A stretch of DNA of 64,000 nt, taken from Eledone cirrhosa. Lineage: Eukaryota. Position numbers and translations under genes: made by a program. The stretch lies in NCBI GenBank assembly GCA_964016885.1, contig OZ024741.1:108562001-108626000 (forward strand), written 5' to 3'. How positions within the stretch are numbered: the stretch's first letter is position 1; each line of letters starts with the position of its first letter. This document shows positions 39,598 through 55,649 of the stretch, piece after piece. A model generated the notes under the pieces. It was not told the origin of the DNA and did no database searches. It worked only from the letters and a program-made list of their open reading frames with translations.

Positions 39598-40502
39598 CAT
39601 ACATACATCGATACATACAGGCACACACACATATCCATTCACGTACACACACATGTATATATATATATATATATATTTACACACATGCAAACGCAATTAT
39701 ATACATATAACTAAATGCACATATGTGTGTGCGCTTGTTATGTGTGATTGTATGTATGTATACAAAGAAACGAACTTGGAAATGCAAACATAGTCTTTCT
39801 GAAAGTTTGTTTACTTAGCAGGTTTCCGAATTTCATGATTTTCAAAAGTTAAGCTCTACGTTTTTTCATCTCCCTTAACTTAAATCGAGAAATTGTGAAA
39901 CTGGTTAAGTTATGAATAAATCTACTAAAATCTTCAACAGCAGTTTCAAATTATTCTTTTTTATATCCTCCCGTGTAGAATTACACAATTGATATTCAAA
40001 ACCTTTCAGCAGTACTTTCAAAATTATGTTATCCATACCAGTTGATGCATATGTCCTTATCGATCTAACTGTTATCTCCTTTTTACCCTGCTTTGTTCTT
40101 CCAAGTGTAGATCTTACAGGCTTTTCTAAATGAAAATTAGAGAAATTCAATTTTATTGTAAATCATTAAAAATAAAAATATAAAATAATAATAATAATGA
40201 ATGAATAGTTACCGGTGCAAAATAATTTCCTTGACTTATCCCCCTCTATTATCTTAAAACCCCTAAGTAGATGACGCTTAACTATAATGCTCGCATGTTG
40301 TGAAATTTGTCGTTGACGTAATTATTCAATTATTGTAATTTTCCGATTTTTCCATGTATTACCGGTGAGAAAATTAGCAAAAATATGTAATGCATACATA
40401 TAGACGTATAAGATTTTATACACACACTTACACACACACACACATACATATCTACACACCACACGCACACACACGCACGCGCACACGCACAAACACACCT
40501 GA

Positions 40503-40537
<35 letters not shown>

Positions 40538-40762
40538 AATATATATATAAAGAGAAAATATATGTACAATTAACATTGATGCCTTACTTTGATTAAAAGC
40601 CAGAAATTGATAGAGGTTGAGATGTTATTTTCCCATTGCAATCGCATTGACGTTGTATGAAATGTATAATGACTGTAGCGGAAATTAACCCCGTTGCGAT
40701 GTTGTCTGTCACCTTATTTAGTAGAAAGGGATTTTATGAGTAATGAACTTTATGTCTTAGCA

Positions 40763-40913
40763 AAAGCTTCAATAATTTCCTTGAAATATAATATCATACC
40801 TACAAAATATAATATCATACCTACAGTACATTTCGTTAGTTTTTAAATTTATTTAATTGTCTCAAGCAAATAAATGATTAACGTATATATATATATATAT
40901 ATGTACATACATG

Positions 40914-40960
<47 letters not shown>

Positions 40961-41088
40961 TATATCATGTATGTACATAGATATATATACGTTAATCATT
41001 TATTTGCTTGAGACAATTAAATAAATTTAAAAACTAACGAAATGTACTGTAGGTATGATATTATATTTCAAGGAAATTATTAAAGCTT
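40763..41088. repeat. Long inverted repeat (~100-bp arms) around a TA-rich spacer; 21-bp tandem duplication in the left arm
   Basis: 40805-40890 is the reverse complement of about 40983-41068; aaatataatatcatacctaca is duplicated at 40784-40825. Confidence 0.9.
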
Positions 41089-41115
41089 TCGAAACTGTCG
41101 AAACGGTGGGAGCTT

Positions 41116-42133
<1,018 letters not shown>

Positions 42134-42134
42134 A

Positions 42135-42403
42135 GATGTTCTACACGAATGAAAGTATAAGGAAAAAAGATGAAATCGAAAATGCAAATGGAGTCTTTTT
42201 AAGAATATTTATTTGTTTCCTTTACCGGTTTCACAGTTCTTATGCTTTTCAAAAGTAGAATCGAGATGAAGGTTTGCGAGAAAAACCACAAACCCTCCAT
42301 CTCTATTCTACACTCGAAAAGCATAAGAACTGTGAAACCGGTAAAGGAAACAAATAATTATTCTTAAAATGACTCCAGTTGCATTTTCGATTTCATCTTT
42401 TTT

Positions 42404-42410
<7 letters not shown>
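42135..42410. mobile_element. Foldback made of two inverted copies of a Neptune-PLE terminal repeat
   Basis: 42135-42240 is similar to 11338-11455; 42157-42280 and 42290-42410 are reverse complements. Confidence 0.8.
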
Positions 42411-42471
<61 letters not shown>

Positions 42472-43639
42472 GTGTATGTGCGAGGGTATATAACGTGTGA
42501 GGATTGTGACTGAGTTTCGTCTGTAGCGACTAGTTCATAACTCATAAATTAGATATTGATTTTGAAAGTTAATCCAAATTCAACCCGAATTGTATAATGA
42601 CATTGATTTAACAAACAGTATTGGGTCATATCAACAGTAAATGCTTCTTATAACATTGAAATCCTATTTCAGATTAACTTTGGTTTTTATACATTCTAAT
42701 ACCGGGGTCGTTGCTTTGCTTTTCTTGTCTAAGTGTTTCTCTATTTCACTATCTTCTCAAGGTCTTATCACCCTAGTCGGATAGAGTACGAATGCTTGTA
42801 CGAGATATAACTACATGTATGTGTGTGTTCCAATATGTACATTGACTACATTTCTATACGTAGATCTGTGTTTGAATGTGTACGTAGGATTCACACACGC
42901 ACACACACACATACATATACGTATGTGTGTGTGCGTGTGTGTGTGAGTATTTGAATGTATATTTACGAGAGTTTTCTATATGTATTTAGAAAGACAGGAT
43001 ATAGCTGTATACATGTCGTATTTTAAATGTATATACACGAGATTTTTCTATATATATATCTATTTGAATGTGTATGTACGAGATGTTTCTATATGTATGA
43101 ATGTCTATATGAATGTGTATATAAGTACCATTTATGACAGCAGTGGCAGCACTTCTTCGCACGAGTCATATGTTAATCAATTGATCATTTGGTTACGCCA
43201 TTGACATTAAATTCACACATGTCGCTTGCAACATTAAACAAAAATATTATTTATTACTAAAATCATCAACAAAAAAAATCTAAAATATGACATGATATTT
43301 CTTATTGAATGTTGTCGAAAAACAATAATATTTAGTACTTTCGCTTTTTTAATACACTGGCAGTATATCATCATTGTTATTGTTCTCGAAAAAATGAATG
43401 ATTCAGTGAAATAAATAAATATACAAAGGTTTTATTTACTGAGAACAATCAATTAGCATCCAAGGACTTCCATGATATGTATATATGCTGATTGCTACTT
43501 CTTGTGAGAAGAGTACCAACCCTTCATTGAACATTGCACGGTCATGTCATGCAGGTGACTTTTCAGACCCGCTTTTATTTTGCAAATACGTTCACAGATG
43601 TGACACTCGAACTGTCTGTCTCCTGCCAATACCAGTTGG

Positions 43640-44330
43640 CTATGTTTTAACGCATTTTACCATATCTGATCAGATCCTTCGCTGACGTGCAAATTAAGCC
43701 ACACTCACTGCAAATATGCCGTGGAGTGTGTGACAGTAGAACCATCTCACAGTTGGCTCGATTTCTCCCTGGTTCGTGTGATTTCAGATTTTTAACGAAG
43801 CCAGCTCGTGTTAGAAGAAATCGGCCACATACATTGGACCTCATATTTTGCTGAATTTTTGCAGACATTGCAATTGAATCCCGCTTACGAAGTGAACGCT
43901 TCAAAACAGCATGCTCCACTCGCTTTTTCTCAAAGATATCACATCCATATTTAATGATTTTCCTCCATGATGTACGGTCTTCATATCAATCAAGCTTTAA
44001 GATTGTCTTTTAAGACATCCTTAAACCGCTTCTTTGGTTTATGCTGTGGCCTTTTCCCTCTAATCCACTCCCCCACAAAACAGCTGTTTAGGCAGCCTTC
44101 CATCATCCAGCCTGACCACATGGCCAGCCCAGCCCAGCGTATCCGGTACATAATAACCTTCCTCTCAATACTGGTGTTACTCGCTTTCTCAACTACCGCA
44201 GCATCAGTGGGGTAAAAAGACCACTCAATGTTCTGGACGCATCGGATACAATGCTGATGGAATCTTTCCAACAGCGTAATGCCTGTAAGTTGTCCACGTT
44301 TCGCATCCATATAGCTGGGCTGTAAGAACC
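43640..44330 (-). mobile_element. RTE-clade LINE 3' fragment with two degenerate C2H2 zinc fingers
   Basis: LERFHQHCIRCV..IEW, RIRWAG, GKRPQHKPKKRFKD; then NVCGRFLLTRAGFVKNLKSH and CSECGLICTS. Confidence 0.8.
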
Positions 44331-44441
44331 CAGGCCTCATACACAATATACATATATATATATGCATACACACACACACACATACTCTGGTGCATGGTAG
44401 TCCTCCTGGTTCCTTACCACACTTCCTTCGTTATATATACG

Positions 44442-44498
<57 letters not shown>

Positions 44499-44541
44499 GT
44501 ATATATATATATTGTGTGTGTGTGTGTCTGTGTGTAAATAA

Positions 44542-44587
<46 letters not shown>

Positions 44588-44687
44588 ATATACATATATA
44601 ATATATATATATATATACATATATAGATACATATATATATATACATAATTTATGTGTGTTTGTGTGTGTTTGCGTGTGAAGATGACT

Positions 44688-44775
44688 CACTTTGGTGGTT
44701 TGAGAGCTTGATTCACAATCGTGAGGTTGTGCATTCGATACCGGACCAGGCGATGCGTTTTGACCTTGAGCAATT
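44688..44775 (+). mobile_element. SINE head remnant (tRNA-like + CORE-like start)
   Basis: tggtggtttgagag...cattcgatacc...gaccttgagcaa. Confidence 0.45.
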
Positions 44776-44855
44776 AATAATAATTTAGCTCTGTACATAA
44801 TATAGAGTATTGTTTTTCTTTTAGGTATTTCTGCGGAAACTATTGACTATACATA

Positions 44856-44902
<47 letters not shown>

Positions 44903-45161
44903 ACATATGCATATTTCAGATACGTAAATAAGTGACAAGGAAGAACACACACGTCGCTCGTTTTTGTTTTGAACTGTTTCTGTGTCCCACTTGAAAAGTG
45001 GGTTTTGCTCTGAAATATCATGTTGAAATATACTGACTAAATCATTACTTTGCTTTGTTTTATTTGCCATCCTTAGCTTTTTATGTGTTTCTACCGCATT
45101 TTACTCTCTCTTTGAAACTTATCAGTCATTTATAATATATCTCACGATGCTTCATCTTAAC

Positions 45162-45193
<32 letters not shown>

Positions 45194-45209
45194 TGTATGT
45201 ATGTATGTA

Positions 45210-45540
45210 TCCAATGATGTTGACTTGTTCTTCTTTTTGGTAAATATCATCTTGGTTAAGAGAGTGGGACTGGCTTTGTGCAGCTGCCTTTGCTCACTAT
45301 AAAAGCTTCATGGCACAGGCATTGCTTTATATCTGGAGATCTCTCTACACTTGTCGTCACATGGTACCATGGGCCTAGCACTATGTGTCAATAATTGTCA
45401 CAAGTGTAGTGTTTGTACCAGAGTTTTCAAGTCACTGGCTGGACTAAAAAGTCACACTGGTTTAGAATATCGGTAGGGGTTCTCCTACATAGATATAAAG
45501 TAGTGGCCGTACTCGAAAACGAGTTGGCAGCCACCATGTA
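45210..45540 (-). mobile_element. Fragment of the (ACAT)n-associated element family, flanked on both sides by (ATGT)n
   Basis: Reverse complement (tggctgccaactcgttttcgagtacggccact; aaagaagaacaagtcaacatcat) matches 52596-52630 and 52761-52785. Confidence 0.5.
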
Positions 45541-46232
45541 TGTATGTATGTATGTATGTGTGTGTATATGTATGTACGCATATATACAAGGGGTCAAGAA
45601 GCAGCTTTGTTTATTTATTAGCCTGGATTTTCCACAAGAGAAGCACAGATGGAACGATTATTCAGCTTTTTTACAAAAATTTACTTATTTTACATGACTA
45701 ATTATGAGGTATCTAACTGAAAGTTGGGAGATACTTCTTCATTGCACAGTTTCGCTTGATCCTTTCAATGACAAAAGTAATTCAAATTATAGAAAATGTA
45801 ACAAACTTTTAGCCACTGCACAACATTGTACAACATTGCACAATTCATGCAATAATGAAATTTGATTCAGCTGCTATTCTAACTAACATTTCAAAAACAT
45901 AATGTTTCGCTTATTTAGAATGTTAATGTTTCCTTGAGGTCATTTTATAATTGTTTTACTTTCAATCAAATTATTTCTTAAAGAAAGAGCTAATAATTGA
46001 ATGAATTTTTTTATGTAATTTAGTAAGGATAAATATACATTTGTTTTGAAAATATGTGTAGTTGATTCATTGTAATGTATATGATATATAATGAGGCATA
46101 TATTATACATTGTGAATAAATTGCCTATATATAACTCGACGCGTTTATGTGTGAGAACAGTTTTTATCCACATATCTCTCTACTTGTATGCTTATTATTT
46201 TAAAAATATGTGTATGTATGTACGTATGCATG

Positions 46233-46273
<41 letters not shown>

Positions 46274-47353
46274 GAATGTGTGTGTGTTTGTGTGTGTGTC
46301 TGTGTGTGTGTGTGTATTTGTATGCTTGCGTGCAGTTGTCATATATCGACCATTATACCAGATTGATAATTTATTTTATTAACTAGGAGGGAAAAAAGTC
46401 AGAGATGATCTCTGCAGGATATGAACTCACGATGTCCATAAATAGAACAAATAACGCATGGCAGTTTGTCTGAAGCTTTTAGGATCCAACCAACGCATAT
46501 TAGTATAGACACATCTATATGTAAAGTATGTTTCCTGTTGCTGCTGTTATTATTCTCACCTGCGTAAACATTCCCACTTTCCTATGAAGTTTCATCTCTC
46601 AGGAGATTTCTTGGGTATGTTGATGATAGGAGCATTCACGTTCTATCATATCACCATTTTTATGGTGATAGGAGGCTGGATTTGAATTCAGGACATCCCG
46701 TCCAACACATTGACTATTTTACCACCCTACCACACTGGACTATTAATCAATTTATGTGTGCCGAAATGATTAGAGGAAAATATACTCCGGTGTGATCTCA
46801 AGTCCATAACATATGTAATCCCCAAAAAGGATTAAATATCATATTTCCCGGTGTAGAAGTCGCTCCGACGTCATGGACGCTCCCACTTATTTTGAGTTGC
46901 TAAATTCTAAAAAGAGAATCTTTTAATATAGTAAATGCATTCTTAATTATGTAATGAAATTAATTTATTCAACTTCAAAGAATGTTCACTAGGGGTAATT
47001 AATGAACTGTTACGTAGGTAAAGTAATCACCTGTGGATGTGGTTGTTATGAAATAAATATAAACATTTCTATTCCTTTGAAAAAAATGTCTGGTATAATA
47101 GTGTACTCTGGCGGAAGTACTCGATGTTCTGGATACCATAAAGGTGTTATGGTCTCAGAAGGAATATCAATATTATGAAAAGGAAGAGAGACAGTATCAC
47201 ATATTTCATTACATCATCCCGTAATAAAATAAACCAATGCTTTATATGTGATACCGTCTCTCTTCCTTTTCTTCACACATATATATATATATATACATGT
47301 ATGTGTGTGTGTGTGTTTGTGTGCCTGTGATTGTGTGTGTGTGAGTGTGTGTA

Positions 47354-47462
<109 letters not shown>

Positions 47463-47778
47463 AAGTGGGTTACACAAGAAATAAAAGAGATGACTATATA
47501 ATTTGTAATTTGTAAGTGGAGGCTTTTCTATTTGATTTGTTATTCTTGATTTTTAGTCGGTGTTATTCGGGACTCGAACTATTTTTAGGGGTAGCAACCT
47601 GTAAAAATGAAATAAGTGTAATAAGCCTTAAGTGATTTCGGTTAGATTTGTTTATACCCTTCTAGCATAAAGTTGTTCGTTTTCTGGAAAATATATACTT
47701 TTCCAATGTTGTGGAGGAATAAGTTAGAGGCGCCTGTGATAATATTGAAACCGAACATATTATTATTATTATTACTAC

Positions 47779-47812
<34 letters not shown>

Positions 47813-48544
47813 GTTATTTGTTGGTGTTATCATGAATGTTGTTTTTGTTTTTGTTGTTATCATATAAATCATTTTGTAATAATGTTTTTCATATTCCCAT
47901 AAGTGAAATCAACGGTTTTGTGATTACTGCTTATCAGCCTGAAAAAAAAAGGAACCAAAAAAATGACAATCAAAAACGTTCAAATGTCAACACAATCATC
48001 CTCATCATGAAAACCATCATCATAACCTCATTCATAACCATCATAACCTCATTGTTAATATTTGTGTCGTTAAATAGAGATCAACAAGAAGACCATCATA
48101 ATTATAAATTAATAACAACAACAAATAACACAAACTCATCAACTGCAATAGCAGCAGCATGAATATAAAAACCCCCGAATGCAACAACAATGTCAGCAAC
48201 AGCAAGAAACACAACAACAAAAACAACAACAAAAGCTATAGAAACAAAGATAACAAAAAAGACATCACAACAAAATACATAACAACAAAACCATCAACAA
48301 CAAAGACAGCAATTAAAACAAAAGCTATAACCACAAAAACAACAAGAAAAACACTATTAAAAACAAAAGCTTTACCCAGAAAAAGAACAATAAAAATACT
48401 AATAACAGCAACAGTAATAATCACAAAAACAAGAGCATCACATATAAATACGAAACTGAATCAAAAGAAAACACACCAACGATTTGAAGATTTGCTTAAG
48501 TATTTTAATGTTGCCTGCTTACAGAATCTATATATATATTAATG

Positions 48545-48639
<95 letters not shown>

Positions 48640-48642
48640 GAA

Positions 48643-48705
<63 letters not shown>

Positions 48706-49083
48706 ATATATGGTTTCTTTTTTTATTTTTGCTTCGTCTAGTTTTGATTGTTTTGCCGAAAACTTTATGTTTACAACGTGTTGAAAGAGGTATTTGAATG
48801 AAACATTTTGGCAGACAGCCAAAGCGCCGCTAAGATGGCGATTGTGGATGGCTTGGAGGTCTTGTGAACTAACCAGGTGACTACAGTAGTCATTAAAGAA
48901 CGAAGTAAGATAAAACAATTGTCAAATCATTGTCAAATATTAAAGACATTCTATTCATTGTGTATCTGTATTTAAAAAGATATATACACATATACATTTA
49001 AACAAGTACATATAAAAACACATACCCATGCATATACATATAAACGCATATATACTTAGATATATATTTTTATTGGTAAATAT

Positions 49084-49135
<52 letters not shown>

Positions 49136-50112
49136 TATGCGTATGCATCAATATGTTTGTGGGTGAGTGCATGTGAGTATATAGGTACGTCCCTACGTAT
49201 GTATGTATGTTTGTTTGTATGTATGTATCTATCAACCTACGTATGTATATTTGCAGATAGATTTTTTGACATCATGTTTAATATTGATAACAAGAAGGTA
49301 AAATTATTTCTAAGACCTAATCAGTTGTAAATATATTATACTCTAACATTACCATTTCACAAAAGCTATTTAAATATTTCAAGCCAAAAGCAATCGATAT
49401 TGCTATAGATAGAAGAAACTTACTAATCTAATATAAGGAAATTGAATACAAGCATTGTACGTACGTAGATACACATACATATATACATATATTTTCATAT
49501 ACATATTCATATATAATTACATACACACATATATACACATATAAGTATACATAAACAGGCCTACATGCATATACATATAAATACATATATGTATATCTAT
49601 ATATATATCTGTATATATATATACATATATTTATTTATATATATATATGTGTGTGTGTCTGTGTGTGTGAGTGGGTGTCTGTGTGTGTGTCTGTACATAT
49701 ATATATATGTATATATATATATATATGTAAGTGAGTGTATGTGTCTATTTTCCTGTGTATATGTGTGTGTGTCTGTGTCTGTGCGTGTATGTGTGTATGC
49801 TTGTGTATAGATGTGTGCAATAATCAGCTCTCCTGTGATCCATTTAAACGGGTGATTCTCCCCCTACTCTTGTCAGAAAATTTATTTATTTCTCTGTGTA
49901 AGCATTTTTTATGAAAACAATATCAGATTTACGCATGCACATATAACTACATACATTCACATACATAGATAAACACATACGTACATACATACATACGGAC
50001 ATACGTACATACGTACGTATATACATATGTACATACATATGTTTATATGTTAACATACATACACACATATATATATGAATATATATATATACACACATAT
50101 ATATATATATAG

Positions 50113-50183
<71 letters not shown>

Positions 50184-50954
50184 TATATAGATGGTATAAA
50201 TGAGGATAAAATGAAAATGTATAGATTGATTAATTCATATGTACAGACAGACATTGCGAAATTAAACAAATTTGAATATACAATTTTTATTAGACCACAA
50301 AATATAAACAAAAAAAAATATTTGCAGTTACTTTTAAAACATATGTATTTTCAGATGGAAATTTTATTAAAACTATACTAAACATTATGTAAGCAAATAA
50401 AATCGTTTAAATACGATGTGATACCATTGATAGCATACATTTTGGAATATAATTTCTCTTTAAAATCTTAGTGAGGATATGGAATAAAATAATTTTCTGA
50501 CCTGGTGTTTTTAAATACGATACGAAAGTAAAATAAGAATATGATTATAACAGCTAGTAAGTACAGAAGTCTGACATGGGTCAGAGTTACATTTGGAAAT
50601 ATTATTAAATAATTCAAAAATGTGTTTTTAATTATTAATAAAAGAGAAACATATTTCCAAGCATACTATTATTTGTTAAATTGTAATAACAATATGATTA
50701 TATATTACAATATTACGATAGCAGAAGGTGACTATTGTGTTCAAAGTACCGGTGTATTGAATGTATAAAAAAAAAATGAAATAATCACACGAAAAGGACA
50801 TTGGATGGTAAGGTCATAAGATGACCAGTTGACTGAATATAAAGAGATTGTTACTGAGATAATTGGTATTTCTCTGCATCAAAACCTCTTTGTATATTTA
50901 CATCTGTTGCAGTAGAATATTGACAATAAATATACATACATACATACATACATG

Positions 50955-51192
<238 letters not shown>

Positions 51193-51244
51193 GATATATA
51201 TATTCATATATATATATTTATATTTGTACATATATATATATTTG

Positions 51245-51376
<132 letters not shown>

Positions 51377-51611
51377 TATATTGTAAAGGGGCAGCACATT
51401 TTTTTCATATTATTTTTCCTTTTTTTGTTCATGTCATCTATTTAAGGCAAGAACATTGATTAAATAATATTTCAAAAAAAAAAAACAATTCTGAATAAAA
51501 CATATAAAACTTTGCGAATAGCTTGTTTTCTTTTCCTTGTTACGTGAAATATTGCATTACATTTCAGAGAGAGAGAGAGAGAGGGAGAGAGAGAGAGAGA
51601 GAAAGAGAGAA

Positions 51612-51656
<45 letters not shown>

Positions 51657-51658
<2 letters not shown>

Positions 51659-51899
51659 ATGGCGTCCAACCCTCTACCGATACTGTCAATCCACCGCCCT
51701 TTTGAAATGAAAATTAATTGTTTCTACTTTAGGCACAAGGCCAGCAATTACCCAGTGCATTACTGGTACTTTATTTTATCGACCCCGTAAGGATGAAAGG
51801 CAAAGTCAACCTCGGCAGGATTTGAACTCAGATCGTCAAGGGACGTAACTATGCTGGAAAGCAAGGCGTCCGACACTCTACCGATACTGCCAATCCACC
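51657..51899 (-). mobile_element. tRNA-derived SINE (51715-51899) plus an adjacent head fragment (51657-51699)
   Basis: Reverse complement of the family consensus. Confidence 0.85.
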
Positions 51900-52190
51900 A
51901 ATGACAAGAGATGAGCATTAAGCTACGTGGAATTAGAACATTAATGGATAACTTTGTTTTTATTGTTATTATTGTCAAAACACAACTTAGTTCCACTTAT
52001 CTTTCTGTCGTTTGTTTTATCAACACAGTTTGCGCATTGAGGCAATTTACACCACTAAATCCCTCTATTTAGAATCCCCAAATCTCTCGAATACTCTCAC
52101 TTCCCGGATTTTTTTATCCGATCTTCTTATATTATTAAGTTGCATTTTTTTAATTATACATGCATACACACACACACACACTCATATATA

Positions 52191-52254
<64 letters not shown>

Positions 52255-52589
52255 TATATATACATATGTGTGTGTGTGTTTGAGATGTGTGTATGTGTGT
52301 GTGTGTGTAGCAATATCCATAGATGTGTAAAGGAAAACAGAAATCAGTGCTCAATCTGGAAGAGAACAGAAATATACTATCTATATATGTTCATTCATAT
52401 GTTCATTCATATATAGAGAGAAGAAATTTGAACCTGACCACGACGCCAAGTCATTTCGGCTTTTATTCAACAAGCCTTTGTTTGCTGAACACATTTGGCG
52501 TTGCGATTGGTTTTATACAATTATCTATAGCCACTTTACATATTTCCATGCAAAAAGTATTCCGCAGACTCTGTACATACATAAATACA

Positions 52590-53191
52590 TGATGATGGCT
52601 GCCTCCACGTTATCGAGTATGCCCATTGCACGATGTACCATTATTAATAATTATTAATTAATTCTATCGTGCAATGCCTGTGCGTGAAGATTTTTTTAAA
52701 GTGAGGAAAGACTGTGCACTGAGCCAATCTCACTCTCTGAGCAACATTAGCTATAACCCGAAAAGAAGAAAAGATCAACATCATCGGTAACTACTGAGCC
52801 AGTTTCCTTAGTTGCCTTCTCCTAGAAGAATACCCTGACAAAAGCTAGGGGTTCTTCACTCGCAGTGGTTTAACCACGCGGTACATGTGTATATACATAT
52901 TTACACACTTTTGGATGGCCGTTGACTCTTATGAGTTCTTCCGCCCTTTGTCAGGTTTTGTTTTTTGTCCTGCATAGTGTCCAAAATCACCGTCCTCACC
53001 AAGTAAACTTGGTGGGATCGCCTGTTTAGTCACCGCCGATCCGACCAAGCGGCAGGGTGTACTGGGTTACATGTTACCAGTAGCACCCAAGAGTGACCCG
53101 ACATACATACATACATACATACATACATACATACATACATACATACATACATACATACATACATACATACATACATACATACATACATACA
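52590..53191 (+). mobile_element. Non-autonomous retroelement ending in an (ACAT)n tail (53101-53191)
   Basis: Related copies at 7560-7880, 22970-23300 and 45210-45540. Confidence 0.55.
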
Positions 53192-55417
53192 CTACTGGAC
53201 CCCAAGAACAAAACCACACACTTGGCAAAAACTACCGGCCCATTGCATGCCAGTACCTGATGTATAAGACTTATATAGCCAGCGTGAACCTATTTCACTA
53301 AGTTCTCTGAGACAGTAATGACATCACCACAAATGAATAATCAGATGGAAAGAAAGGTGTTTTGGGGTGTGCGAAACAACTCATAATTAACAAAACTGCG
53401 ATGTCGTAGGTGCGTCAACTTAGGAGGTATACGGCTACAGTATGGCTGAACTACAGGAAAGCATTTGATTATTTTCCCTACTCTTGGATGATAGAGGCCC
53501 TCCAACTTGCTAAAACCCCAGACATTATTAACAGATCCATAGGGTAGCTGCCTTCTTCTTGGTCTACTATCCTAAAGTTAAAAGCAGAGAAGGAGCGCTC
53601 TATTTTCACTGATAAAACAGAATATCACAGGGGTATATTTCAAAGAAACAGTCTCTCTGTTCTACTATTTATCCTGTAATTCAACTCCCTGTCCTTTCTG
53701 CTCAAGAAATGTGAAGGATACATCTTTGGCTCACAGGAGGAAAGAAATAAGAACTTAACCAATAATTTTTTTGTGGATGAACTGAAACTCTATGCCAAGA
53801 ATATAAATGGGATGAAGAAAAAATCTTGACCTGGTTACAAGGTACTCAAAGGATATAGGAATGGAGTTTCACCAAAATAAATGCGCATATATAATTGTAA
53901 AGTGGGGAAGAACTACAACCCAATCCAGCAACATTTTATTAATAGATGAGAATATATCCTATAATGGTATTTGTAATAAAGAACTCGTAATCAGGGGATA
54001 TTACATCCGATTAAAAATATATGGTCATCGGAACTCTCTGCGCACAATAAAACAGTGGCCTCCAATGTTTGGGATAGTCAATTGGACGATAGACGAAATT
54101 CGAGAAATTTATGTTAAAACTCGAAAAATCCTAATCAACACCCGGCAATGTCCACATCAACAGTGACATAGACCGCCTCTACTTGAAATATCAGCAGGGA
54201 GGCAGAGGCCTGACATCAGCCCAAAGAACATTTGAGGGTTCGCATCATATCCCTCCGACAACATTTACGAACCTCCAAGTATAGGAGCCCATCTATTGAA
54301 CAAGTATGTCTGCATAAGACAGATAAGATCATGAGAGTTGGGAAGGAACTGCTTGAAAGATACTCCCTGCTTGATAAACAAAACCCATGAAAATTGCCCA
54401 GCAATGCCGCGGCGAATCCATGGATGATAGACCGCATTCTTATCAGCAAAAAATCATACATGGATATGATGCCAGGAAGCTCCAGAGTAAGAGTAATATA
54501 AATAAGCAAAGTCGTCTATCTTGGACCAACAACTGCTATATTGGCTCCCATTTTGAAAGATATGCTTTTACAATCCACGAAGAAAAAATCAAAACAAAGT
54601 ACCTGATTCACAAAAGATATAGGGATGCTGGAAAAACACTTAGATGTGGCACCAAATGCAGAATTAACGTCGAAGATGTCATCACGGTACTATCTACCTA
54701 TGAGGGATGATGAAGTGGCCAAAACACTGTAAAATGCAATCCGCAGAAAGGATAGGCCCGACAATAAACACAAATCTGAAAAGCATATATACTATGAAAG
54801 TGTACTGGTCAAATGTTCCGGTGAAAACCTCCATAAAATGCAAGCATTACAGACCAGTTAAAATGATTCGGGACAGGGAAAAGAAGGCATGCACAGTAGT
54901 GGAAGTTAGCTGCCCAACAGATGCAACTATAATATTAAAGATTAGCGAAAAAAAGAACATCTATGCAGAACTAATAAGATATCTGCAGATAATCCACTCT
55001 GACTATACCTTCATATTTATACCTGTGATTATTGGGGCTCTTAGATATGTTACTAATTGCATCAGTACAAATCCTGAGAAACTGGACTTCACAGAAACAT
55101 GACTAGTTAGGAAATTACAAGAACAATCCATTAATAGAACAGTAAAGATATGTAAAACATTTAAAAAATGCTGCATCTAATAACTCCGTGTACACATGTA
55201 CAGATACAAAACATATGCATATGCACACATATACCTCAAAACATACACATCCACACATATATTAGCATCCATACCTGCACACGTATGCATGCACACATGC
55301 ATATATATCTACCTAGTTGATGTTGTTTAAATTCCAATGAGAAAGTCTTGTAACTATGTTAGAAACCAACTCTCTCTCTATTAGTAAACATTTATAAAAT
55401 TATAAAATCAGAAGAAC
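53192..55417 (+). mobile_element. R4/Dong-like non-LTR retrotransposon (RT + RLE), 5'-truncated and degenerate
   Basis: NYRPIAC, WLNYRKAFD, GIFQRNSLS, FVDELKL, GMEFHQNKC, DIDRLYLKYQQGGRGL, KHYRPVKMIRDREKKACTVVEVSCP, IPVIIGALR; many stops and frameshifts. Confidence 0.85.
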
Positions 55418-55649
55418 ATACATACATACGTTCATACATACATTTTAAAGATATATAATGCCTGACATTGAATTCAACGTGAAGTCACGTTGTAATCGAT
55501 GCCTGAAAATCACTGCATTGTGATACAGCGATAGCTTCCTTCTTGAAAGTTGCCTGATCCTTCGTTCTCAAAGTTAGAAAGGATCTGGAAGCTGATGACA
55601 GAGTCATCATCAGCATTCAAGCGCTAAACACATGCACACGGGCCTAATA

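Noticed and set aside
47900-48542. K/T/N-rich ORFs
   Set aside because: Decayed AAC-type low-complexity DNA with no motif or splice support.
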